A stretch of 64,000 nt of DNA from positions 960,001 through 1,024,000 of the forward strand of contig CAXXOA010000002.1 of the NCBI GenBank assembly GCA_963666275.2, read 5' to 3'. The stretch's first letter is position 1; each line of letters begins with the position of its first letter. Made by a program: the position numbers and the translations under genes. Source of the stretch: Oceanispirochaeta sp. (GTDB lineage Bacteria > Spirochaetota > Spirochaetia > DSM-2461). Shown piece after piece: positions 31,071-40,090 of the stretch. The notes under the pieces are model-generated. The model was not told where the DNA came from and ran no database searches. It saw only the letters and a program-made list of their open reading frames with translations.

Positions 31071-32066
31071 ATGAAATTTTTAAAATCCACATTTTTCGTA
31101 TCACTATTGGTCCTGGTTTTTACAGGATGCGGAAGGGACCTGGGGTTTTCCCCGTCAGGGACATCCCTCAGCCTATCCCTGAGCTTTCCCGAGTCCGGGG
31201 CTTCAGGAAGTTCCCGGCTGATCCATTCCGAATCGGACCTTCTCACAGTCTCATTGACTTATCCTGACGGGAATGTGATAGAGGCGGAATTTGAGAGATC
31301 CGACTCTGAATCCACTCTGGAAGTTCTCGTAGAAGAGCTGGAACCCGCCGACGGGGTGGAGCTCTATGTTTCTCTGGGTCTGGCCGAGGGGAACCTGATT
31401 CTATCCGATGCTTCTTCCACCATTGATATCGTCCAGGGGGAGAGCATCCCCGTTGATCTGATACTGGAACCTGTGGTTTATGATATTGAAGTAACCTTTA
31501 AAGACAGAAATGGTTCTGCCCTGACGGATTATACACTCCTCTATGATAAGGATATGACAGGTTCTACTTATAAAAATCAGGTTACAACAGACAGCAGCGG
31601 GAAGCTTCCCATGTCCATATCCACCGACAATCTCTATACCTATACATTCTATGAAATGAGTATCTCCCAGGAAGAAGCTACCTACTATATGGCCAGGAAC
31701 GGTCTCCAGGTGCTTCAGTCCGGTCCGGATTATGAAATTGTCGCCCGGCCTGAATTATTTCTGGACATTGATGTTGTGTCTGATGTGGGGCAGCCTCTTT
31801 CCGGTGTCAGAGTAGAGCTGCAGTATACAGTGGACGGGCAGACTTATCAGTCCAAAGATCTGGATACGACCGATGGGAACGGACATATGTTTTTTCATTC
31901 CTACGATGATTCCGCACTGACAGCTTTCTGGGAAAATGTAAGCGCCTACACCTCCCAGAATCTTATATTTAATCTAGTCGATGCCAGTCAGGATATTTAC
32001 AATTTTGATTTCAGTTACGGCAATAATACGCTGGATGATCAGTACGCCATCGTTCCGGCGCAGTAG
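31071..32066 (+). CDS. Lipoprotein paralog 1 (shared N-terminal domain plus Ig/prealbumin-like modules)
   Basis: Lipobox LVFTG-C; RDLGFSP...SRLIHSESD...SLTYPDG...VELYVSLGL shared with the next two genes. Confidence 0.85.
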   Translation: MKFLKSTFFVSLLVLVFTGCGRDLGFSPSGTSLSLSLSFPESGASGSSRLIHSESDLLTVSLTYPDGNVIEAEFERSDSESTLEVLVEELEPADGVELYVSLGLAEGNLILSDASSTIDIVQGESIPVDLILEPVVYDIEVTFKDRNGSALTDYTLLYDKDMTGSTYKNQVTTDSSGKLPMSISTDNLYTYTFYEMSISQEEATYYMARNGLQVLQSGPDYEIVARPELFLDIDVVSDVGQPLSGVRVELQYTVDGQTYQSKDLDTTDGNGHMFFHSYDDSALTAFWENVSAYTSQNLIFNLVDASQDIYNFDFSYGNNTLDDQYAIVPAQ

Positions 32067-32355
32067 AAGGATAAGGAATCTCTATTGCCTTACTGTATAT
32101 AAGTATAAAACAGGGGTAGAAAGGATTGTTTCTCCTAGTGTCCCTGGATTGAAGTTTTCGCATTGTGAAGAGGGGGCTCTCTTCAATTCCAAAGATTAGT
32201 TTTCCATTCATTCAGGACTGTTTTCATGACATACTGATCTTCTGAAGAGATTCCTATTTCAGGAATAAGCTAAAAACTCAAAGAAACACTTGTTCATTAG
32301 TTTTCTATACATTACTATTAGACTTTGCAAAAATAAATGAACAGTGAGAAATTTA

Positions 32356-33321
32356 ATGAAGTTACTGAAATACACAATAGGCCTCTTTGCCCTGACAGTC
32401 TGTCTTATAAGCTGCTCCCGGGATCTGGGTTTTACACCTGACGGAAACTCCCTGGAGCTTTCCCTGACTTTTCCCGGATCCGGGACAGACAGAGAAAGCC
32501 GTCTGATCCATAGCGAATCGGATCAGCTGACCATTTCATTGACCTATCCCGACGGCAGTGTGATTGAACAGCAGTTTGACCGGAACAACTCAGATACAAC
32601 TCTGGACGTGCTAGTGGAAGATCTGGAACCAGCCGACGGCGTTGAGCTGTATGTTTCCCTGGGATTAAAAGAGTTTGATCTGGTTCTCTCTGAAGCCAGG
32701 GATTCCATTGATATAGAGGAAGGCAAAACTGTTCTGGAAGATCTGACTCTTCAGGCAGTGGAGTATGAAATAAGCGGTACTTTGAAAGATGAGTCGGGCT
32801 ATCCAATAACAGATTTAAGTTCTGTTTCCATTAATGGCACAGACTTTCAGTTGGATAAAAATGGAAACTACAAATTTACCCTTTCTACAGAGATGGCTGA
32901 TCATAGCTATGTGATTAATTATATTTATGGGGGAGAAATAAATTTGAATTTTGTTAGAACCGGTTTGGATGTTCTGAAAAACTGGAATAATTTCGAAATC
33001 CAGATTCAGAATGAAATGTATCTGGACTTTTATGTGTATGATTATAATACCGGTTTACCTGTCTCCGGGGCCACAGTGACATTAGAGTACTACTACTCTC
33101 CTGATTTCGTTACCGTCCCAATTAATATCGTATCAGACAGTACAGGTCATATATTCTTTCACTCAATAAATCACCCTGAATTGGACTTCAACAATCAATT
33201 TGAATTCTATACGATGACTATTTCCTATCCGCTTCTTCCAGATTTTGTTGATTATTTCTATGATATTGATAGTTCCTGGTACAGAACTGATGATATTCAA
33301 CTGGATGAACCATTGGTATAA
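32356..33321 (+). CDS. Lipoprotein paralog 2
   Basis: Lipobox CLIS-C; same N-terminal domain, divergent C-terminus. Start is ATG 32356 or GTG 32344. Confidence 0.85.
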   Translation: MKLLKYTIGLFALTVCLISCSRDLGFTPDGNSLELSLTFPGSGTDRESRLIHSESDQLTISLTYPDGSVIEQQFDRNNSDTTLDVLVEDLEPADGVELYVSLGLKEFDLVLSEARDSIDIEEGKTVLEDLTLQAVEYEISGTLKDESGYPITDLSSVSINGTDFQLDKNGNYKFTLSTEMADHSYVINYIYGGEINLNFVRTGLDVLKNWNNFEIQIQNEMYLDFYVYDYNTGLPVSGATVTLEYYYSPDFVTVPINIVSDSTGHIFFHSINHPELDFNNQFEFYTMTISYPLLPDFVDYFYDIDSSWYRTDDIQLDEPLV

Positions 33322-33447
33322 TTCAGGATCTCCTACCAGAATTGTCATGTTTCAGATATGAAGTCGTGATATTGGCGTTATATGATGTATATTATTGTAT
33401 ATTATTGAGTATAATGTATATTAATAGAATCAATAGGACGGCTGTTC

Positions 33448-35310
33448 ATGAAACTGATAAAAATAACAATTTTGATTATTGCAATCGGGGCTGCATTCAC
33501 AGGATGTAAACGAGACCTGGGTTTTACACCTGACGGAAACTACCTGGAGCTTTCCATCCGCTTTCCCCAAAGCGGCACATCCGAATCTTCCCGGTTGATT
33601 CACTCCCAGTCGGATGAGCTCTATATATCCCTGACCTATCCGGACGGCGATGTGGAAGAGGCTACCTTCACCAGGGACAGCTCTGATTCCACCTTATCGG
33701 TACTGGTGGAGGACCTGAGGGTTTCCAATAATGTGGAACTCTATATATCCCTGGGATTGAGTGAGTATGAGATTCCCCTTTCGGAAGTTACCACTACCAT
33801 CAATATCAAAGCCGGAGCGAATACACCTTCACTGCTGACTCTGCTGCCTATTGATTACACGGTGACAGGGACTCTGACAAACAGTTCCAATGCAATCCTG
33901 GGTAACCATTCCATCACATTGAATGATTCTACAAATATCACAACAGACAGCAGCGGGCATTTTTCTCTGACTGTCTCGTCTGAAGATCTTGAGGATTATG
34001 TTAAGTTCAAGATTGTTGATACTGAAACCTATGAACTGGCCAGAACAAATCTCTATCTGATCCAGAACAGAAATAATCTGACCTTGAAAGCCTCCCCGGA
34101 GATCTACCTGGACTTCTTTGTCCGGTCTGAACAATATGCGTTACCGGGAGCCCAGTATTATATCCGGGAAGGCGGAGAAAGCCTTATCCACTCCGGGACA
34201 GCTGATAGTCTTGGGCGTGTTTTCTATCAGGATAGTGATTATACCTCAGCCATTTCTCATCAGATTCAGATTAGTTATAATGATTTTTTTGTTAGTGAAT
34301 ATATATGGACTCCCGGAGCGCCTGGGGCTTTTGTTAATGATGTTGTGATGGATCCTTACATTATTTATTCAGGGTATGACAGTAATGCCGGTTCATATAA
34401 CCTCTACAGGATTAATAGTGCAGACTCTCTTGATGAAGATGTTATTAACATTGGGAACTTTGGTATAGGTACTTATGGCGTAAGAACAGCTGTTGATTAT
34501 CTGTTGGGGAAAATCTATCTTTGGACAAGTACCGGTTCTATCCAATATATAAGTGCTCTGGATGGGTGGAGCACATCTATTACTTCCTCTAATATTACAG
34601 CGAGTCTTCCACAAAATTATAGTTCTGTTCAGCAGATATTGCTTTTGGATAATGGGAACCTGGCTCTAGCTACTTCTTATGGAGTTGTTTTCTATAATAC
34701 ATCTACAAATTCAGTCACTTCCACGATCGATAACGGAGCGGCCAGTTATGGTCTGGTTATCAATGGCATCTATCAGGATGAAAACGGTGATATTTATGCC
34801 TTGGGATCTGATCGATTATCTGCCTCTCCCGGAATCCAGCGAATATATTCTGTTAATACAGGAAGTAAAACTCTGAAGGCGGATCTCTCATCCTATAATG
34901 CTTTTGCAGCCTATCCTCTCTCTTCAGGTTATATCGATGAATCTATGTATTCGTATATGTTAGGCCTTTATGAATGGGATTCCAAAATCGTCTCAATACT
35001 GTCTCAGGATAATCCCTATTCCAATACTAATGGGGAAGTTGTTTTTTTTAATCCTTCCGGCAGTACCTGGTCAACCAGTGGTTCGCCCCTGAAGGAAGAA
35101 AGCAGTGGTGATCCCTTCCTTTACTTGAGACCTATTGGTGTGTTACCTAACAATAAATTTTATTTTATTGAGAAAACCAATGGTTCTGACAGGAAGATTT
35201 TTTCATTGAATGATTCGGATGATGGTACTCCCACGTTGTTTCAGTATTCGAATCCTTCGGGAACAGCTGTAGATAGTGTTTATTATTACTACTCCGAACC
35301 CAGTTCATGA
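33448..35310 (+). CDS. Lipoprotein paralog 3 with a long Ser/Tyr/Asn-rich C-terminal domain (possibly beta-propeller)
   Basis: Lipobox AFTG-C; same N-terminal domain; 620 aa; stop overlaps the next ATG (ATGA). Confidence 0.85.
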   Translation: MKLIKITILIIAIGAAFTGCKRDLGFTPDGNYLELSIRFPQSGTSESSRLIHSQSDELYISLTYPDGDVEEATFTRDSSDSTLSVLVEDLRVSNNVELYISLGLSEYEIPLSEVTTTINIKAGANTPSLLTLLPIDYTVTGTLTNSSNAILGNHSITLNDSTNITTDSSGHFSLTVSSEDLEDYVKFKIVDTETYELARTNLYLIQNRNNLTLKASPEIYLDFFVRSEQYALPGAQYYIREGGESLIHSGTADSLGRVFYQDSDYTSAISHQIQISYNDFFVSEYIWTPGAPGAFVNDVVMDPYIIYSGYDSNAGSYNLYRINSADSLDEDVINIGNFGIGTYGVRTAVDYLLGKIYLWTSTGSIQYISALDGWSTSITSSNITASLPQNYSSVQQILLLDNGNLALATSYGVVFYNTSTNSVTSTIDNGAASYGLVINGIYQDENGDIYALGSDRLSASPGIQRIYSVNTGSKTLKADLSSYNAFAAYPLSSGYIDESMYSYMLGLYEWDSKIVSILSQDNPYSNTNGEVVFFNPSGSTWSTSGSPLKEESSGDPFLYLRPIGVLPNNKFYFIEKTNGSDRKIFSLNDSDDGTPTLFQYSNPSGTAVDSVYYYYSEPSS

Positions 35311-36194
35311 AAATAGCCAGTCTCCATTTTGGAAACGGAGGAGGCCATCTTTTCGGAGGGCTTGCCATCTGGCAGGCTTTCCGGAGATGTATCCCAGATA
35401 ATCTCTCTTTTTACTTACTGACAAACTCGGAGTTTCCTATTCCAGTTGAGGATCCCACTCTGGATATTCTGCGATTGCATCTGGAGCCCGGTAAGTTCTT
35501 TGCCCGGGACCGGGATACCATGCTCTATCAGTATCTGGAACATCTGGATCCGGATGTTATCATTGTGGATCATATCTGGTTACCGGTTATGCCTATACTG
35601 GAGTCTTTTAAAGGAAAAAAAATCATATATTTCAGACAGATACAACCTCAATGGCTGCAGACTCCGGAACTTCCGGATGGCTCCGTTAAAGCATTCAACC
35701 CGGAATCCTATGATCTCGTTTTCAATATAGAGCCGGGATTTGATCTGAACCATGCTGTGAAGGTTCCTCCGCTAATAGGAGTTTCATCAGAGGATGTAAA
35801 ATCCCCCGAAGTCATCCGCCGGGTTTTGAACGTGCCGGAAGGAAAGAAGTTAGCCCTCGCTGCTCACAACGGGCACCCCGGTGAGCTGGAAAAAATTCTG
35901 AAAGAAACTGATATTAACAGGGATGAATACCACCTGGTTTCTCTCAGTAATTTGAATGATGAAGCTGATCAGTTATTTCCTCTCTCCCATTATCTCTCCG
36001 GTGTGGATCTTGCCATCGGTGGCTGCGGCTATAATTTTTTCTATGAAACCCGGTTTTACGATTTAACGGCCATTTATCTGCCTCAATTTAGGGACATGGA
36101 AGATCAGCATTGGCGACTGGAAACAAACCGCCATTACTCCGGACCCTTTAACGGGGCTGAAATCATGGTGCAGAAAATCCTATCCTTGCTATAA
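35307..36194 (+). CDS. GT-B fold glycosyltransferase-like protein A (GT28/GT1-like motifs)
   Basis: N-terminal GNGGGH; DPDVIIVD; C-terminal DLAIGGCGYNFFYE...LP...EDQ-x-x-R. Confidence 0.7.
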   Translation: MKIASLHFGNGGGHLFGGLAIWQAFRRCIPDNLSFYLLTNSEFPIPVEDPTLDILRLHLEPGKFFARDRDTMLYQYLEHLDPDVIIVDHIWLPVMPILESFKGKKIIYFRQIQPQWLQTPELPDGSVKAFNPESYDLVFNIEPGFDLNHAVKVPPLIGVSSEDVKSPEVIRRVLNVPEGKKLALAAHNGHPGELEKILKETDINRDEYHLVSLSNLNDEADQLFPLSHYLSGVDLAIGGCGYNFFYETRFYDLTAIYLPQFRDMEDQHWRLETNRHYSGPFNGAEIMVQKILSLL

Positions 36195-36221
36195 ATTGTT
36201 TTAATTACAGGAGTATCCATT

Positions 36222-37109
36222 CTGAAAGTTGTATCCCTTGGCCTGGGAACAGGTTCTGGCCACTTTTTTGTGTCTCTCACACTCTGGCAGTCTCTGAAAG
36301 AGATCTACAGGGAGGACCTCAGTTTTACACTCCTTCACTGCACGGGAATTGAATCTCCCCTGGATGATGAAACTTTGGAAGCTTTTCCTGTCAATCTTGA
36401 ACCTGAGTCAATGTTCACATCTCCCAGAAAGACCATGCTGTATCAGTATATCAAACATCTCGATCCAGACATTCTAATCGTCGATACCATATGGTTTCCT
36501 GTTTTCCCATTTCTGGATGAAATCAAAGCCAGAAAAATATTCCTTTCTGCCTATATGCCGCCTGAATGGTTTCTTCCCCATCGATGGGATCTGGAAGGGC
36601 TGTATGCCTTTGACCCAGATCAGTTTGATTATGTTTTTGCTATAGAACCCGGATTCCAGTTTCCCGGCAGTATCGAAACGCCTCCTGTTATCAATGTCCG
36701 GGAGTCTCTGCTTCAGTCTCCAGACATTATCCACCGTGTATTGGATGTTCCCGAAGGAAAAAAACTAGCACTGGTTTCTCACAACGGGGAAGAAGGGGAG
36801 ATTGAGGGCATTCTGAAGAACGCGAATATTGATCCCGAAGAGTATTGTCTCAGGTCCTTATCTTCCTTTGATGATAAATCGCAGGAATTATTTCCTCTGG
36901 CGCATTATATGAGCGGAGTTGATCTGGCAATAGGCGGATGCGGATATGGTTTTTTTTATGAAACCCGGTTTCATGAAATCCCTTCAATTTATATTCCACA
37001 GCCACGAATCGGAAATGAGCAGCATTGGAGACTTGAAAATAACCGCAATTATTCCGGACCATATGATGGTGCTGACAAGATTTCCAGGATGATACAGGAG
37101 CTTTTCTAG
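36222..37109 (+). CDS. GT-B fold glycosyltransferase-like protein B (paralog of A; probable CTG start)
   Basis: In-frame LKVVSLGLGTGSGHF upstream of the ORF-track start aligns with MKIASLHFGNGGGHL; AGGAG SD at 36209-36213. Confidence 0.72.
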   Translation: MKVVSLGLGTGSGHFFVSLTLWQSLKEIYREDLSFTLLHCTGIESPLDDETLEAFPVNLEPESMFTSPRKTMLYQYIKHLDPDILIVDTIWFPVFPFLDEIKARKIFLSAYMPPEWFLPHRWDLEGLYAFDPDQFDYVFAIEPGFQFPGSIETPPVINVRESLLQSPDIIHRVLDVPEGKKLALVSHNGEEGEIEGILKNANIDPEEYCLRSLSSFDDKSQELFPLAHYMSGVDLAIGGCGYGFFYETRFHEIPSIYIPQPRIGNEQHWRLENNRNYSGPYDGADKISRMIQELF

Positions 37110-37190
37110 TCTATGCCTCAGCTTTATGATTAATGGGGGGAAAAAACATAACTCCTTTGAAATGGATCGTCATTTCTTAAATCTTCCCTT

Positions 37191-37328
37191 TACGATTTAC
37201 CCGCAATCTACATCCCCCAATTCAGGGATATGGAAAATCAGCACTGGCGATTAGAAGTAAATCGCAATTACTCCGGACCTTTTGACGGGGCCGAAAGAAT
37301 CGTCAGGTTCATACAATCTCTACTGTAA
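37191..37328 (+). pseudogene. 3' fragment of a third glycosyltransferase-like paralog
   Basis: Reads YDLPAIYIPQFRDMENQHWRLEVNRNYSGPFDGAERIVRFIQSLL*; in-frame TGA at 37158 and no start codon. Confidence 0.85.
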
Positions 37329-37448
37329 CTTCATAAAATTCTCTGTAATTGGGGAAAATTCCTACATACGAAAAAGATCTGGTATGCCATAATAGATAAG
37401 TTAGCACTTGAATGCCATGAGGAATATTAAAAGGAGACCCCTCATTCC

Positions 37449-38726
37449 ATGAATAGAGCGAATACTATTAAAAAATTATTTTTAATCAGTCTTTCAGCGC
37501 CTGTCTTTTTTTTCAGCCTACTCTTGTTGACTTCATGCAGTAAAGAGAAAACCCAGGTCCTTCAGGAAAGTCCGGTTACCCTTGTTGTGGAATCCCGGCT
37601 TTTTACACCTCCTGAAGAAAGAGCCTTTATTGTCAGTGAAATTCTTCCTGAATTCGAGTCTCTTCATAACTGTAAAGTTCAGTTTACAACAATGGATGAT
37701 GATTCTCTGCTCAAGAAAGCCCAGTTTCAGAAAGAGTCGGGAAAAGTCACTACAGATGTCATCATTGCTCACGACGGGATTATGAACGAGTGGATCAGGA
37801 ATGAGTATGTCATTCCGCTTCCCGTTCAGGAATGGACAGACCGCTCCTTTTCCAATGCTTTCCGTTTCAGAATCTCTTCAGGGGGAAAGATCTATTTCGC
37901 TCCCATCGGCGGAGATGTCTATCTGACTCTGATCAACAAAAAGGCTCTTCCCTATAAGCCCGCAGATATCGATCCGAAAAATCTCTCCTGGGAGGAGTAT
38001 GTCCAGTGGGGGAACAGTGTGGCTAAAGCTACAGGTACAGGACGGGTCGGTGTTACCGGAGTCCCTCAGAAATCCCTGATCTATATGCTGGGAGGGGTCT
38101 TCCTTTCCTACGGCGGGGAATTTCCGGTTCTCAATTCGGAGGGAGCTCTGAAAGGCTGGAAGCTTATGGTGGATATGAAAGAGGCATTCAGTCCTGAAAT
38201 CTCCCGATATGACAATGTCTCCTATCCAATGAAGTCAGAGGAAATCTGGATGACAGTGGCTCACATGGTCCGTCTGGGTGAGGTATACCGGAGCAATCCC
38301 GATCAGTTCATCCTGGCACCTGCCCCCCGGGGATCTGCAGGGATCGGAACGATTGCCGGAGCCAGCGGGTTTGCCGTTATGAATGGTGCTCCCCATAAAG
38401 ACCTTGCGATGGAATTTGTCAAATTTATGACGGAACCCTCACGGGCTGTCAAAATTTCCCAGGGAGCCGGAGGATTCATCCCCCTGATAAACGAGTCTCA
38501 GGGAATGCTGGGAGACTCCCCGGAAGATGAAATCATTGCCCAGGGAATTGAAATGCTGAAAACCGCCAGAGTTTCGGGTGTTCCCGGAGGGGATTATACC
38601 TCCTGGGGCGAGGTAAAGCAGGTCTATGATGAGGTTTTCAATGAACTGGTTTTTACAAGACAAAAGGTAGATCTGGATTATCTGAATGCCGCTCAGGAAA
38701 CCCTGAACCAGATGAGAAAGAACTGA
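37449..38726 (+). CDS. ABC transporter sugar-binding lipoprotein (no adjacent permease)
   Basis: Lipobox LLTS-C; FE-x-x-H-x-x-KV; NK-x-x-L; AP-x-G; A-x-x-FVKFMT of cluster 1 solute-binding proteins. Confidence 0.85.
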   Translation: MNRANTIKKLFLISLSAPVFFFSLLLLTSCSKEKTQVLQESPVTLVVESRLFTPPEERAFIVSEILPEFESLHNCKVQFTTMDDDSLLKKAQFQKESGKVTTDVIIAHDGIMNEWIRNEYVIPLPVQEWTDRSFSNAFRFRISSGGKIYFAPIGGDVYLTLINKKALPYKPADIDPKNLSWEEYVQWGNSVAKATGTGRVGVTGVPQKSLIYMLGGVFLSYGGEFPVLNSEGALKGWKLMVDMKEAFSPEISRYDNVSYPMKSEEIWMTVAHMVRLGEVYRSNPDQFILAPAPRGSAGIGTIAGASGFAVMNGAPHKDLAMEFVKFMTEPSRAVKISQGAGGFIPLINESQGMLGDSPEDEIIAQGIEMLKTARVSGVPGGDYTSWGEVKQVYDEVFNELVFTRQKVDLDYLNAAQETLNQMRKN

Positions 38727-38733
38727 GTCTCTT

Positions 38734-39378
38734 TTAAAACAGATAACCCAGGCCCAGTTCAAAGCGGTGAAACCGTATGTCGGCCCTGGTGCCGTCTGTT
38801 CGTTCATATTCGGGGGATGTATAAAATGTTGTATACCTCAGATCCAGGATCCAGTGACCTGCGTCTTCTCTGTCTATGTCCAGACCCAAACCGGCAATAA
38901 AACAGGCATGCAGTTTCCTGTCCGGTTCTTTATCGGCAATAAGAATCTTTTCATCTTCACTTTTAAATGATCCCTCTCCGGAAAGGTATATCAGACCTGT
39001 TCCTCCCTGAAAGAAGAGTCTGACAGGACGTGTATTGAAATAGCTCCTGAAAATAAGAGGAACTTCCACAGAACTCTGGCGAAAGATATACTCTTCCCCT
39101 TCCACATCCAGACCGCAGCTGTTGACGGCGTAGGTCAAACCCGATTCCAGCGCCCAGGATTCGTTGGTAGTGAACTGGAGCAGGAGAGAGCCTGTTCCCG
39201 AAGGAATGGCGAAGCGTTTTGTATCCGCCTCCGCTCCATACCAGTCCCAGTAGCCCTTACCTGTTCCTATAGCGCTGTGAGCGGCTAGGCGGGCTCCCCA
39301 GTGCAGTTCCCCCGCATTGAGAAACCCCGCAGAACAGATCCCCATTAAAATGATCAGGAAGAAACGGTCTCTTCTCAT
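38734..39378 (-). CDS. Outer-membrane beta-barrel protein (porin-family-like)
   Basis: Signal peptide; alternating beta strands; SVEVPL; C-terminal RFELGLGYLF. Confidence 0.75.
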   Translation of the reverse strand: MRRDRFFLIILMGICSAGFLNAGELHWGARLAAHSAIGTGKGYWDWYGAEADTKRFAIPSGTGSLLLQFTTNESWALESGLTYAVNSCGLDVEGEEYIFRQSSVEVPLIFRSYFNTRPVRLFFQGGTGLIYLSGEGSFKSEDEKILIADKEPDRKLHACFIAGLGLDIDREDAGHWILDLRYTTFYTSPEYERTDGTRADIRFHRFELGLGYLF

Positions 39379-40046
39379 GGCTTATTCCCCCGGGGAGGAT
39401 GACTTAATACGCCCAGTCCCATATCGATTCTGTTTATCCTTATATTACCGCTTCCTCCCTGATCCCAGGCGTAGCCGGGAGAGGTGAAGGGATGGGTAAA
39501 GCGAAGGGTCAGGACAAGGTCTTTTCGCTCTGTCAGAGGGACTGTATAATCGGCTCCGGCCTGCAGGCTGAAGAGTATCGTCTTTTCCGCCCTTACATAT
39601 TCATCCGATACGACCCTGCTGTCCAGGGTAATTTCCCTCCGGGTTGTTACGGGCAGAAGCGTCAAAGAGGGGCCCGCTCCCAGAGTCAGTCGGGATCTTT
39701 CAGACAGAGGGGGGGCCATCAGCAGGATAGGGAGCTCCAGCGACTGCTGGGTATAGAGAATCTTCTGATCCTCCACCCTCTGACCTGCCCGGGCAAAGAT
39801 GTACTGAAAAGACATGTTCAGGAGGCTCCGGCGGGAGAGGGGCAGTTTCGCCGTATAGGCCATTCCTCCTCCGGTTCCGGGATAAAGGGACCCTGACTCG
39901 GAAGGGTCTGTAGGCTCCCATAAGCCTTTACCGCTGCCCATTCCCAGAGAGAACAGGCCGGTAAATCCGGTTGTCAGATCCGCCGGATAGAGCCAGGGAG
40001 CAAGGACAAGGAGAATTGAGAGAAGGAGCCTTCTTTTTCCGGTCAT
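39375..40046 (-). CDS. Outer-membrane beta-barrel protein, paralog of 38734-39378
   Basis: Shared G-x-GKG-x-W, Q-x-S-x-E-x-P, LR-x-T-x-x-x-TSP-x-Y and IR-x-x-R motifs; ATGA overlap with the downstream gene. Confidence 0.72.
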   Translation of the reverse strand: MTGKRRLLLSILLVLAPWLYPADLTTGFTGLFSLGMGSGKGLWEPTDPSESGSLYPGTGGGMAYTAKLPLSRRSLLNMSFQYIFARAGQRVEDQKILYTQQSLELPILLMAPPLSERSRLTLGAGPSLTLLPVTTRREITLDSRVVSDEYVRAEKTILFSLQAGADYTVPLTERKDLVLTLRFTHPFTSPGYAWDQGGSGNIRINRIDMGLGVLSHPPRGNKP

Positions 40047-40090
40047 ATAGTATTTCTACCATATTCCGGAAAAAACAACAGCCGGATATT

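Noticed and set aside
36050..37328. Diversity-generating retroelement TR/VR pair
   Set aside because: Differences are not adenine-specific and are largely synonymous; no reverse transcriptase in the window.
37401..37427. CIRCE element (TTAGCACT...)
   Set aside because: Only the left half-site is present; no GAGTGCTAA at 9-nt spacing.
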